60,266 nucleotides of DNA, taken from NCBI GenBank assembly GCA_964406665.1, contig CAYOSQ010000011.1, positions 1-60,266 on the forward strand, read 5' to 3'. Source of the stretch: an uncultured Planctomycetia bacterium (GTDB taxonomy: Bacteria > Omnitrophota > Gorgyraeia > VGKH01 > JBHPFN01). How positions within the stretch are numbered: position 1 is the stretch's first letter; the number at the start of each line of letters is the position of its first letter. Below the pieces are notes generated by a model. It was not told the DNA's origin. It searched no databases and saw only the letters and a program-made list of their open reading frames with translations. The position numbers and the translations under genes were made by a program. Shown in pieces: positions 38,246 to 47,256 of the stretch.

Positions 38246-39124
38246 ATGAAAAGAATCTTTTTAGTTGTGTTTTGTTTAGTTGTTGTATTTTCTTTTTCTG
38301 CTTCAGCCTATTGTCAAGATGCTGGCTTTGCAAAAGTTATTTATGTTGAAGGCAGTGTTTCTTCAAAAGCTTCAGTGGATGACGATTGGACAAGTATTGA
38401 GGTGGGCATGCTTCTTGCTGAAGGTACAATCGTTAAGGCAGAGGCGGCTTCTTCCTGTGAAGTTGCTTTTGACGGAAGTTTGGATAATGTAATCGGAATT
38501 AAGGAAAATACGGAAATAGTGCTTGAATCTCCTATAAAACTATATTTATCTAAAGGAAGAGTTTTCACTTTAATTAATTTAGATGAAGGTTCTACTTTTG
38601 AAGTTCATACTCCAACTGCTATTGGTGGTGCAAGAGGAACAGGTTGGCTTACTGATTTTTTAAATGGCGTTACAACATTTAAGCAATTTGAAGGAAGTAT
38701 TTATGCTTCCGGTAAAGATAGAGACGGTAATCCTTTGGGAAAAATTGATCTTCCTGCTGGTTTTTCAGTAGAGGTAGAAGATTCACAGGAGCCAGGTGAC
38801 ACTGCTGAATTGGGCGAAAATGACTTTGTAGATTGGAATATTTGGAGGAGAGATTTACATCTTCGCGGCCTGCCATCACTTGCTGAGGCAATCCAAGATG
38901 AAATGGGAGATGTCTTTGATCCTGAAAGCGGTTTTGCTGCCGGTGGAAGAGATTTTGTTTATATCCCACCTGGTTCTGGCGCAGCCGGTCCAGATGGAGG
39001 AGTAAGCAGTGGTGATATTACTTTAACCGAGGAACCTCCACCTCCTGATTGTCCTCCTTGGGATAAAAGATGCTGGACGCAGCCTGAGGAGCCAGATTAT
39101 CCATCTTTGAGCAATCATCGATAA
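38246..39124 (+). CDS. secreted FecR-domain protein with Pro-rich, Cys-containing C-terminal tail
   Basis: Signal peptide, then a FecR-like beta-sandwich signature (EGSV...W..I..G..L..G..V......S.EV and TPTAIGGARGTGW). The tail reads EEPPPPDCPPWDKRCW. Confidence 0.7.
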   Translation: MKRIFLVVFCLVVVFSFSASAYCQDAGFAKVIYVEGSVSSKASVDDDWTSIEVGMLLAEGTIVKAEAASSCEVAFDGSLDNVIGIKENTEIVLESPIKLYLSKGRVFTLINLDEGSTFEVHTPTAIGGARGTGWLTDFLNGVTTFKQFEGSIYASGKDRDGNPLGKIDLPAGFSVEVEDSQEPGDTAELGENDFVDWNIWRRDLHLRGLPSLAEAIQDEMGDVFDPESGFAAGGRDFVYIPPGSGAAGPDGGVSSGDITLTEEPPPPDCPPWDKRCWTQPEEPDYPSLSNHR

Positions 39125-39189
39125 GAATAACAAGCCTGCCGCATCTTCATTGTCAAGTTTGCATCTTTGTATTATAGATTCAAAATAAC

Positions 39190-39218
39190 TTGACACACAT
39201 CTTCATATAACTTATAAT
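39190..39218 (+). promoter_or_regulatory. consensus sigma-70 promoter of the beta-barrel gene
   Basis: TTGACA (39190-95), 17-nt spacer, TATAAT (39213-18); both hexamers are perfect. Confidence 0.75.
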
Positions 39219-39259
39219 TCTTTCAGTTATTGGTATTTCTTAAATAATTGAATATTATT

Positions 39260-39658
39260 ATGAAAAAGAGAATATTTTTATTTACATTAGTCATTATATT
39301 TTCTACAGTTTATTTTATTCAACCTGTTCTTGCTGCTGATGATGTTGAATATCCTGCCTTTATTAAGTTCCTAAGAAGCATTCTTCAGAAGGTTGATTTT
39401 ACCACTGGTGTAACCTCAGAGTATGAAACAAATATTTTTCTTACTGAAGATGCAGAATCTTCTGATTTTAAAAATACATTAACTCAAGAAGTTTCTCTAG
39501 AGATTCCTGAGGATCCGTTTTATTTAAAGGTGGATTATCTGGGAAATCTTTCCTATTATATGGGAGAAGGTGATCATCTGCATGATCATTTGGCCAGTTT
39601 CCTTTTTGCATACAGGCCTTATGAGGATATTTCTGTCGGCATATCTAATAATTTTTAA
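39260..39658 (+). CDS. outer-membrane beta-barrel protein, N-terminal part ending at an in-frame TAA
   Basis: ATG 39260 gives the signal peptide MKKRIFLFTLVIIFSTVYFIQPVLA. The reading frame continues unbroken past TAA 39656-58 into the next ORF. Confidence 0.6.
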   Translation: MKKRIFLFTLVIIFSTVYFIQPVLAADDVEYPAFIKFLRSILQKVDFTTGVTSEYETNIFLTEDAESSDFKNTLTQEVSLEIPEDPFYLKVDYLGNLSYYMGEGDHLHDHLASFLFAYRPYEDISVGISNNF

Positions 39659-39766
39659 AAGGTTTTTTCAAAAAGTATTGTTACTCCTTTTGGTGATCGA
39701 CTTCTTACCAGAGGTTATAAAGAAGATTATCCTTCTTTTGAAGTAAAATGGGAACCGATTGATAAT

Positions 39767-40468
39767 TTGGTAGTTGATGCTGCTTATTCACATTATTGGA
39801 TTGATGCAGATGCGACTAACGATGACTTTATTGATAGAGATGATAACATTGGAACATTCTCTTTAACTTATGATCTGTGGCCTGATGTTGCTTTATTCCT
39901 TGGTCATAGATATTATGATGCGCATTTTCCCAAGGTTGCTGAAAAAGATGCTTTAAGCTCTAGGGTTTTTTACGGAGCGACTAAAAAATTTCCTGGGCTG
40001 CTTAATGTGTCTACGGAAGTTGGGCATGAGCATAAACATACAAATTATTTGAGAGATGATTCAAATACAGATGCAAGATTAGTGATTAATTCGACCTTTT
40101 CAGTTTATACAGTCTTGAATTTTGTTTATACATTTAACCGGGTGCTACCTTCGGCGAGAAGAGAGTATTTTCAATATTTCTCAAACTCCATAGATTTAAG
40201 CGTTGAGCATCTTATAAATCCGAAGACTTCTATTTTTGCCGCAGCTAGTGTTGAAAAACAATATTTTGATTCTTCTGATGCTTTGCCAGGGCAATCTACA
40301 ATAGATAGGGCAACAGAGATTGTTTCATTTGGGACATCCCTAAAAAGAAGCCTTAACGATTATTTGGATCTTCATTTAGGATATGAATTTACAAAACGAA
40401 ATACAGATTTTACCAAAGAAGGTTATTCCGATAACAAAGTAAGTTTAAGCTTAACAGCAAATTATTGA
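39767..40468 (+). CDS. outer-membrane beta-barrel protein, C-terminal part (the frame is already open from 39659, same phase as the upstream part)
   Basis: Alternating hydrophobic beta-strand pattern and a terminal aromatic beta-signal (VSLSLTANY). There is no RBS or ATG of its own; the ORF-track start is a TTG. Confidence 0.6.
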   Translation: MVVDAAYSHYWIDADATNDDFIDRDDNIGTFSLTYDLWPDVALFLGHRYYDAHFPKVAEKDALSSRVFYGATKKFPGLLNVSTEVGHEHKHTNYLRDDSNTDARLVINSTFSVYTVLNFVYTFNRVLPSARREYFQYFSNSIDLSVEHLINPKTSIFAAASVEKQYFDSSDALPGQSTIDRATEIVSFGTSLKRSLNDYLDLHLGYEFTKRNTDFTKEGYSDNKVSLSLTANY

Positions 40469-40472
40469 TATT

Positions 40473-40976
40473 ATGAAAAGAGCAATTATATTAACTTTGA
40501 TAGTTCTGGGCTTAATCGGCCTGTTGAATAAAACAGTGTTTTCTCAAGAAGGCCCGATTACTCAGGAGCAGTTTGCTGTTGAATTAGTTAAAAGTATGGA
40601 GATTTCAGATCATCTTCCACTTGCGGCGTTACCAAGAGATTGTGTTATGCTTCTTGAAACTATAGGTATTTCTCCTTTAAAGGGTTGGGATAGAAAAGCT
40701 TTACTCACAGATGATGACTATACAGTTATTGTTGCCAAATCTGTAGGGAAGGAAAAGCTGGTTCATACAAAAGCCACAGAAGTATGTCTTCGTACTATCG
40801 CTGTTATAAATGCTAGGTGGCAGAAAAAACCTAACCTATCTTTGCATGAGTTGCTTAATGATTTAAGTATCTTTCCAGAAGGCCCTCCAAAATGTCCTTA
40901 TGGTTTAAAGTATGAGGATAAAAATTCAGATACTGTAGTGGATCCTCATTATCATTCAGTCCTATTATCCAAATAA
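40473..40976 (+). CDS. small secreted protein of unknown function (weak SLH-like N-terminal motif)
   Basis: Signal peptide MKRAIILTLIVLGLIGLLNKTVFSQ. ITQEQFAVELVKSM resembles SLH-type motifs. No family is firmly recognised. Confidence 0.55.
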   Translation: MKRAIILTLIVLGLIGLLNKTVFSQEGPITQEQFAVELVKSMEISDHLPLAALPRDCVMLLETIGISPLKGWDRKALLTDDDYTVIVAKSVGKEKLVHTKATEVCLRTIAVINARWQKKPNLSLHELLNDLSIFPEGPPKCPYGLKYEDKNSDTVVDPHYHSVLLSK

Positions 40977-40988
40977 AAAATATTATTT

Positions 40989-43187
40989 TTAGACTTTAAG
41001 TTTAGCTATTTGTTGTTTTATGTTTTCAGCTAAGTTTTCTGCAATTCTGGGGATTTTGGAGAGGTCTTTAATCGGGGCTTCTTTAATGTCGCGAAGTTTT
41101 TTAAAGCCTTTTTTAAAGAGGTTTCTTGCTCTGACTCTGCCGATTCCTTTTAGGTATACTAGATCAATCAGCTCTTCCTTGATTCCATACCTAATTCTTT
41201 GTTGAAGCATTTCTAGTGGTTCGATTACTTTGTCAAATTTAAATAGTTTAGAAATTGATACAGCGCTATAAAGAAGCCACTGCGCAGTGTCGATGATTCG
41301 TCTTATATCTCCTGGACCCACGTTAAACTTATCACACATGGCTTCTTCTTTTTCTTCATTCATCCAGTCTAAAAGCATCCAGCCGGTTTTAATCATTGAA
41401 AGCCGTGTTGAATGATCGAAGGAATAGAGTTCATCTTCTTCACAGTTAAAGATTTCTTCTTCATTTACATCTTGAAATAATTCTAATTTTTCCAAGTCAG
41501 ACTTATTGACCATTAGCAGCTCCATATCTGCACAGGAACAAATAATGAATAATAGATGGAAGTCTGAAATGGAACTCTGTGATTCTGACAATTTTTTTAA
41601 ACCATCTCTTAATACGATACCTGTTAGAGGATCAATATAAAGTCTGTTAACACAGCTGCCAAATGCAGTTGGGTAAAAGCGGAACCCTGCGCGCTTTATT
41701 AGATTTTCTGTTTCAAGGAATTCAAATAATCTACTTATAAGCTCTATGAGATTTTGCGTGTTTCTCTGATGCGCGAGAAATGTATGTGAGATAAATTCAA
41801 ACATGCCATTAATATCGTAAACGTATCCGCTAGCTATGGAAGATAGAATGTGTGTTCTAAGCGCATTTTCAGAGCCTAGTTTTGAGCTTATGGGTTCTGG
41901 GGTCGAATGTATATAATCACTAAAGACGGCCTTATATTCTGATAGAGACTTTACCAGGATAACCGATTCTCCAAATTTATCATACTTAGGTCTACCAGCA
42001 CGTCCGGCGCATTGCTTATATTCAAAAACAGGAATAGAGACAGAGCCTAAACCAGGACGATATCTTTTATAGTCTCGGATTATTACTCTTCTTGCAGGTA
42101 GGTTTACTCCGGCAGCCAGTGTTGGGGTTGCGCATATTGTTTTGATAAGCCCCTCTTTAAAATTATTTTCTATGAGTTTTCTTTGGGCATGATGAAGACC
42201 GGCATGATGGAAGGCAACGCCGAATCTTATAGAGCTGGCTAGCTGATTACAAATTTTGGTTGGTTCTCCCAACGTGCCTTCAATTTTCGCAGCGACTTTA
42301 TCTAAAAGCTGTTTTTCATTATCAGACAGATACGCAGCGATTTTTTTTCCAATATTTCTTGTAACTGCTTGAGTTGAGCGGCGGCTATTTACAAAAATAA
42401 GATTTTGTCCTTTTTTCTTAATTGTATCTAAGCAAAGTGCAGTTAATTCATCAATGCCAAAGGCTTTTATATGTTTGCTTGTGCCATCTGCAAAGTCTAT
42501 GCTTTCCAGATAGTAAACTCCTTCTTTAAGAGGGATAGGACGCCAGTCGCTGAAAATTAATTCAGCATCAAGCCAGCCTGCGATTTCATCGGCATTTTTT
42601 ATAGTTGCACTTAGTGCAAGAAATTGGATTTCTTTATTAAGTTGTTTTAGTCTAGCAGTCAGTATTTCAAGGGTTGGTCCGCGGCGTTCATCATCAATAA
42701 AATGTATTTCATCTAGAACAACGACTTGCAAAAGTTTGGTAAGCCATTTGGCACGAAATCTAAGCAAGGAGTCTACTTTTTCGGATGTTGCTATTAGAAT
42801 ATTGTAGTTTGCAAGGTTGTTGCTGTTTAGATCGAAATCTCCTGTTGCGATACCAACTTTAATACCTAGGCGTTCATATCTTGATTTAAAATCATCATAT
42901 TTTTCACTGGCTAGAGCTTTTAGGGGAACGATATATAGACAAAGCCCGTCACCTTTATTTTCAAGTATGGATTTTACCATGCACATTTCAGCTATCAGAG
43001 TTTTTCCTGAAGCAGTGGGTAGTGCAAGAACCAGGTTTCTTGAGGTCAGGATACCTTTTTTAAGCGCTGATACCTGAAATGGGTATAGCTTTTCTATTCC
43101 AGAGTCTTCTAGCGTAGAAACTAATTCTTTGGGAAGGGAGAATTTCTTAGCGAGTTTTTTGTCAAACATACTATATTCTTTTAGCAT
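40989..43187 (-). CDS. Ski2/Hel308-family superfamily-2 DNA helicase (archaeal type)
   Basis: Motifs I PTASGKT, Ia PLKALASEK, II DEIH, III SAT, V TPTLAAGVNLPA and VI QCAGRAGRP. It also has a winged-helix/ratchet region and a C-terminal helix-hairpin-helix (LKGIGRVRARNL). It is the only complete minus-strand gene in the window. Confidence 0.85.
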   Translation of the reverse strand: MLKEYSMFDKKLAKKFSLPKELVSTLEDSGIEKLYPFQVSALKKGILTSRNLVLALPTASGKTLIAEMCMVKSILENKGDGLCLYIVPLKALASEKYDDFKSRYERLGIKVGIATGDFDLNSNNLANYNILIATSEKVDSLLRFRAKWLTKLLQVVVLDEIHFIDDERRGPTLEILTARLKQLNKEIQFLALSATIKNADEIAGWLDAELIFSDWRPIPLKEGVYYLESIDFADGTSKHIKAFGIDELTALCLDTIKKKGQNLIFVNSRRSTQAVTRNIGKKIAAYLSDNEKQLLDKVAAKIEGTLGEPTKICNQLASSIRFGVAFHHAGLHHAQRKLIENNFKEGLIKTICATPTLAAGVNLPARRVIIRDYKRYRPGLGSVSIPVFEYKQCAGRAGRPKYDKFGESVILVKSLSEYKAVFSDYIHSTPEPISSKLGSENALRTHILSSIASGYVYDINGMFEFISHTFLAHQRNTQNLIELISRLFEFLETENLIKRAGFRFYPTAFGSCVNRLYIDPLTGIVLRDGLKKLSESQSSISDFHLLFIICSCADMELLMVNKSDLEKLELFQDVNEEEIFNCEEDELYSFDHSTRLSMIKTGWMLLDWMNEEKEEAMCDKFNVGPGDIRRIIDTAQWLLYSAVSISKLFKFDKVIEPLEMLQQRIRYGIKEELIDLVYLKGIGRVRARNLFKKGFKKLRDIKEAPIKDLSKIPRIAENLAENIKQQIAKLKV

Positions 43188-43232
43188 ATGGGTATTTTTT
43201 TGTCAAACTTATCCAAGCATTTTTAATTTTCG

Positions 43233-43261
43233 TTGACCGACATCGCAATTGCAGATATAAT
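43233..43261 (+). promoter_or_regulatory. sigma-70-type promoter of panE
   Basis: TTGACC (43233-38), 17-nt spacer, TATAAT (43256-61). Confidence 0.7.
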
Positions 43262-43289
43262 CCTAAACAGGACTATTTAAGGGGGAAAA

Positions 43290-44216
43290 ATGAAGATTGC
43301 TATTATAGGGCCAGGAGCAATGGGCTGCTTATTTGCTGCTCATTTAGCAAAAAAAAACGAAGTCGTTTTATTCGATAAAAGCTCTAAGCGTGCTCAGGTA
43401 ATAAGCAAGCAGGGTATAAAGGTTGAGGGTATCTCTGGCAAATGGAGTGCAAAGGTAGATGCAACGGTTGACCTTAAAAAGATTGAGGGATGTGAGGTTA
43501 TCCTCATCTGTGTTAAGTCTTACGATACGAAAGATGCAATCAGTAAAATAAAAGATTCAATTAATGATTCTGCTATTGTGATAACTTTGCAGAATGGTGT
43601 AGGTAATATTGAGGTTATAGGAGAATTGATTGGTCAGCAAAGAGTTGTTGGTGGAGTAACTAACCTTGGAGCTACTTTATTGGGTGATGGTTATATTCGT
43701 CATGCCGGTAAGGGAGAAACAGTTCTAGGCAGAATTGACGGAAAAATCCCTGCTGAGATGAGAGGTATAAGAGAAACATTTAATAAGGCTAAGCTTGAGA
43801 CAAGGATTTCTCGAGACATAAAAGGTTTGCTGTGGTCGAAGCTTATTGTTAATGTTGGTATTAATGCTTTAACCGCTATAACCAGATTGAACAATGGAAG
43901 ACTTGTTGAGTTTGATGGGGTTAGGCAAATAATGAGTAAAGCTGTAGCTGAGGCTGTAAGAGTTGCTAAAAGAAAGAGGATCAAGCTTTTGTATGATGAT
44001 CCGTTAACAAAGGTAGAGGCAGTATGTGAAGCAACTTCTTCAAACGTTGCTTCGATGCTTCAGGATGTATTAAAAAAGAAAAAGACAGAAATAAATTTTA
44101 TAAATGGGGTAATTGTCAGAGAAGGTCAAAGCTTAGGTATCCCCACACCTGTTAATTCAATATTGGTTGATTTGGTTAAGACAATCGAAAAGACTCACAA
44201 TATAAGAGTTAGTTAA
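43290..44216 (+). CDS. panE: 2-dehydropantoate 2-reductase
   Basis: IAIIGPGAMG Rossmann motif and an ApbA/PanE C-terminal domain. Confidence 0.85.
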   Translation: MKIAIIGPGAMGCLFAAHLAKKNEVVLFDKSSKRAQVISKQGIKVEGISGKWSAKVDATVDLKKIEGCEVILICVKSYDTKDAISKIKDSINDSAIVITLQNGVGNIEVIGELIGQQRVVGGVTNLGATLLGDGYIRHAGKGETVLGRIDGKIPAEMRGIRETFNKAKLETRISRDIKGLLWSKLIVNVGINALTAITRLNNGRLVEFDGVRQIMSKAVAEAVRVAKRKRIKLLYDDPLTKVEAVCEATSSNVASMLQDVLKKKKTEINFINGVIVREGQSLGIPTPVNSILVDLVKTIEKTHNIRVS

Positions 44217-44221
44217 AATTA

Positions 44222-44662
44222 ATGAAGACAGTAATTCAGCGGGTAAGTGAATCAGAAGTTTTTATTGATAAAAAAACATCAGGTAAAATCTCCAAAGGTA
44301 TTTTGATTTTACTTTGTGTTGAGCGCGGTGATAAAGAATCTGATGCCGACTACATTGCGGGGAAAATTCTAAATCTTAGAATCTTTGATGATTCTCAGAG
44401 TAAAATGAATTTATCCGCCCTAGAAGTACAAGCCGAATTACTCGTGATTTCTCAATTTACTCTAAGTGCAGATTGCAAAAAAGGTAGAAGGCCTTCATTT
44501 GATAGTTCTGCCGAGCCTAAGGAAGCAGAAAAGCTGTATAAGTATTTTATAAATAAGTTAAGAGATAGTTCTTTAAGGGTGGAATCCGGTATTTTTGGTG
44601 CAATGATGGATATTCATTTAATAAACGACGGCCCAGTTACATTTATTATCAATAGTAAATGA
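44222..44662 (+). CDS. dtd: D-aminoacyl-tRNA deacylase
   Basis: SQFTL and NDGPVT motifs. Confidence 0.93.
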   Translation: MKTVIQRVSESEVFIDKKTSGKISKGILILLCVERGDKESDADYIAGKILNLRIFDDSQSKMNLSALEVQAELLVISQFTLSADCKKGRRPSFDSSAEPKEAEKLYKYFINKLRDSSLRVESGIFGAMMDIHLINDGPVTFIINSK

Positions 44663-45432
44663 TTTCAAATATAATCGATACTCACGCCCATTTAGATCAG
44701 ATAGAAGATATCGATGGTGCTATAGACAGAGCTGCGCAGGTAGGTATTGAAGCAGTGATTGCGGCCGGCATTGATTATCAATCCAGTCTAAAAATATTAG
44801 AGATTAGCCGAAAGGTAACTAGTTTAAGAGTATATTCTGCTTTGGGCTTTCATCCGGGCGAAATAGAGCAGTTACCTCAAGATGAAATTTTACAACTCAT
44901 AGAAGATAACAAAGATTATATTATCGCGGTTGGAGAAATTGGTTTAGATTATTGGTATAGACCGGTTAAAAAAGATAAATCCAAAAGAGAAGAGCAGAAA
45001 GATATATTCTTAAAGCAGCTGACTTTGGCTAAAAAGATTAATCTTCCTGTTGTTATACATAGTAGAGGAGCTTGGAAAGATTGTTTTGAAATGTGTAAAC
45101 AGTCAGGAATAGAAAGAGCTGTTTTTCATTGGTACAGTGGGCCACTTGATATCTTAAGAGAAATTATTGAGAGTGGATATTTAATTTCTGCTACACCATC
45201 TCTGTATTATAGTCCTCAACATCAAGATGCAGTTAAGGGTGTTCCGCTGGATAAGCTTTTAGTCGAAACTGATTCCCCGGTTTTTTTTCGGGATGATCAA
45301 GCTGGTTTTAGGTCTGAGCCTAAAGACGTATTGAAAACTATTAATTTGGTTGCTGGTTTAAAGTCAGAACAAGAGGATATAGTTGCATCCGTTACGCGTG
45401 ATACGGCGAAGAAATTTTTTAATTTAAATTAG
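44659..45432 (+). CDS. TatD-family metal-dependent hydrolase
   Basis: IDTHAHLD start and conserved His/Asp positions. Confidence 0.88.
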   Translation: MISNIIDTHAHLDQIEDIDGAIDRAAQVGIEAVIAAGIDYQSSLKILEISRKVTSLRVYSALGFHPGEIEQLPQDEILQLIEDNKDYIIAVGEIGLDYWYRPVKKDKSKREEQKDIFLKQLTLAKKINLPVVIHSRGAWKDCFEMCKQSGIERAVFHWYSGPLDILREIIESGYLISATPSLYYSPQHQDAVKGVPLDKLLVETDSPVFFRDDQAGFRSEPKDVLKTINLVAGLKSEQEDIVASVTRDTAKKFFNLN

Positions 45433-45445
45433 TTGTTATTCAAAT

Positions 45446-46666
45446 ATGGATAAATTTCCTAAAGATTTTCTCTGGGGTGCGGCAACATCTAGCCATCAGG
45501 TAGAAGGCTCTAACACCAATAATGATTGGTGTTTTTGGGAAGAAGAGGGCAATGTAAGAGAGCGCTCCGGAAAGGCATGTAATCATTATGCATTATTTGA
45601 ACAAGACTTTGATTTAGCTCAAGAATTAGGACATAATGCGCATCGTTTTTCAATTGAGTGGAGTCGCATTGAGCCAGAAGAGAATTCTTGGGATGAAAAA
45701 GAACTAGATCATTATAAAAAAGTAATTACTGCGCTTAAGTCAAGAAACATCGAGCCGATAATAACTTTGCACCATTTTACTAATCCATTATGGTTTTTTC
45801 AAAAAGGTGGCTGGCTAAATAAAGAAGCAGCTTTTTATTTCAATAGATATGTTGAGAAAGTAGTAAGTTATTTAGGCGCTGAAGTAAAATATTGGATTAC
45901 TATTAATGAACCAGTGGTTTTTGCCTATCATTCTTATTTGATAGAAAAATGGCCACCGGGTGGAAAGTCTTTAAAGAGTACGTTCGCATGTATTAATAAT
46001 TTTGTTGCGGCCCACAAGCTAGCATATAAAAGAATCCACGAGATTTATAATTATAATTCTTGGCCTTTTCCCATGGTTAGTTTCAGTAAGAATTTTGAGG
46101 TTTTTTCTCCTTGTGATAATTTTCCGTCTTTTCTTAACAGAATTCCTTCTTTTTTAAGGAGCAAGTTGTACAATGATTACTTTTTAAATAGAGTTAATGG
46201 TTTTCTTGATTTTATCGGTCTTAACTATTATACTCGAGAGGTAGTTAAGTGTTCTTTTGAAAAAGACAAATTCATTTTTGGGGAAAACTGTAACAGCGTT
46301 CATCAGCATTTCAAAAAGACAAATTTTATGGGATGGATTGTGTCTGCAGAAGGGCTTTTACAAGCTTTGCTTAAATTGAATAAATTCAGGCTACCTATTC
46401 TAATCACAGAAAATGGTACTTGTAATGACAGCGATGATAATCGTTGGGTATATATAAAAGAACATTTAGCCAAAATCAAAGAAGCTGTAGATGAAAACGT
46501 TCCTGTTTTTGGATATTTATATTGGTCGCTTTTAGATAATTTTGAATGGGACAGCGGATATAGCCCTCGTTTTGGACTTATTGATGTTGACTATAATACT
46601 TTTGAAAGAAGAATAAGGGGAAGCGCTTTAAAATTGAAGGATTTTATCGAAAAAAATACTAAGTGA
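45446..46666 (+). CDS. glycoside hydrolase family 1 beta-glucosidase-like enzyme
   Basis: Acid/base TINEP, nucleophile ITENG, and the F.WG.ATS..Q.EG N-terminus. Confidence 0.88.
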   Translation: MDKFPKDFLWGAATSSHQVEGSNTNNDWCFWEEEGNVRERSGKACNHYALFEQDFDLAQELGHNAHRFSIEWSRIEPEENSWDEKELDHYKKVITALKSRNIEPIITLHHFTNPLWFFQKGGWLNKEAAFYFNRYVEKVVSYLGAEVKYWITINEPVVFAYHSYLIEKWPPGGKSLKSTFACINNFVAAHKLAYKRIHEIYNYNSWPFPMVSFSKNFEVFSPCDNFPSFLNRIPSFLRSKLYNDYFLNRVNGFLDFIGLNYYTREVVKCSFEKDKFIFGENCNSVHQHFKKTNFMGWIVSAEGLLQALLKLNKFRLPILITENGTCNDSDDNRWVYIKEHLAKIKEAVDENVPVFGYLYWSLLDNFEWDSGYSPRFGLIDVDYNTFERRIRGSALKLKDFIEKNTK

Positions 46667-46667
46667 G

Positions 46668-47240
46668 GTGGTTATGTCTATTCAATCATTAGTTGATACA
46701 ATCATAGCTTATGATCATGAGTTCTTTTTGCGTGTTAATATAGGCTTGAATAATAGCTTTTGCGATTTTTTATTTTCTAATGTATTGTTTTTTATCAAAA
46801 TTCCAGGTTTAATAGCTATTTGTATTATTTTCTTTCTATTAGGAAAAAACAGAGGAAGGATTGCAGCTGTTTTATCAATGGCTTGTTTGTTTTTTACGTG
46901 GTTAATTGTTTCAGGGATTAAAGATTTGTTCACCAGGCCTCTTCCCATGGAAACTTTTGAGAATGTTAATCTTATGGGGTCATCATCTTCTTCGTTTTTT
47001 CCTTCATGGCAAGCAATAGCTGTGACTGTGGTCGCTACGATTATCTCACGCAAGTTTAAAGTTATTAGTCCAATTTTTATTATATTAGTTTTATTGGTTG
47101 GTTTGGCGAGTGTTTATTCAGGAAGGTGTTATCCGCTAGATATTGTTGCGGGAATTATTTTCGGATATTTCATGGGAGTTATGTTTTTGGGTGTTGATGA
47201 TTTATTTCATAAGATTTTCTCTAGAGGTCAGGATTATTAG
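46668..47240 (+). CDS. PAP2-like integral membrane protein with degenerate catalytic motifs
   Basis: About 5 TM segments. PAP2-like blocks are IKDLFTRP, PSWQ (in place of PSGH) and GRCYPLDIVAG (in place of SR....H...D). Confidence 0.55.
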   Translation: MVMSIQSLVDTIIAYDHEFFLRVNIGLNNSFCDFLFSNVLFFIKIPGLIAICIIFFLLGKNRGRIAAVLSMACLFFTWLIVSGIKDLFTRPLPMETFENVNLMGSSSSSFFPSWQAIAVTVVATIISRKFKVISPIFIILVLLVGLASVYSGRCYPLDIVAGIIFGYFMGVMFLGVDDLFHKIFSRGQDY

Positions 47241-47256
47241 TTGAAGCTTGTAAAAA

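Noticed and set aside
39656-39658. The in-frame TAA as evidence of a reassigned stop codon.
   Set aside because: TAA, TAG and TGA each terminate multiple well-conserved genes at their expected ends in this window (for example valS with TAA, cstA with TAG, thrC with TGA). The standard code is used.
40989-43187. The helicase as part of a Hachiman-like or other helicase-based defence system.
   Set aside because: No partner gene (for example a DUF1837/HamA-like or nuclease gene) is adjacent on the same strand. The flanks are a + strand secreted protein gene and panE, and the C-terminal HhH domain fits a genuine Hel308 repair helicase.
43188-43232. A promoter for the minus-strand helicase, using the TTGACA on the complement of 43201-43206.
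   Set aside because: The only -10 candidates at suitable spacing (TAAAAG) are poor and would place the transcription start inside the annotated ORF. This is too speculative to call.
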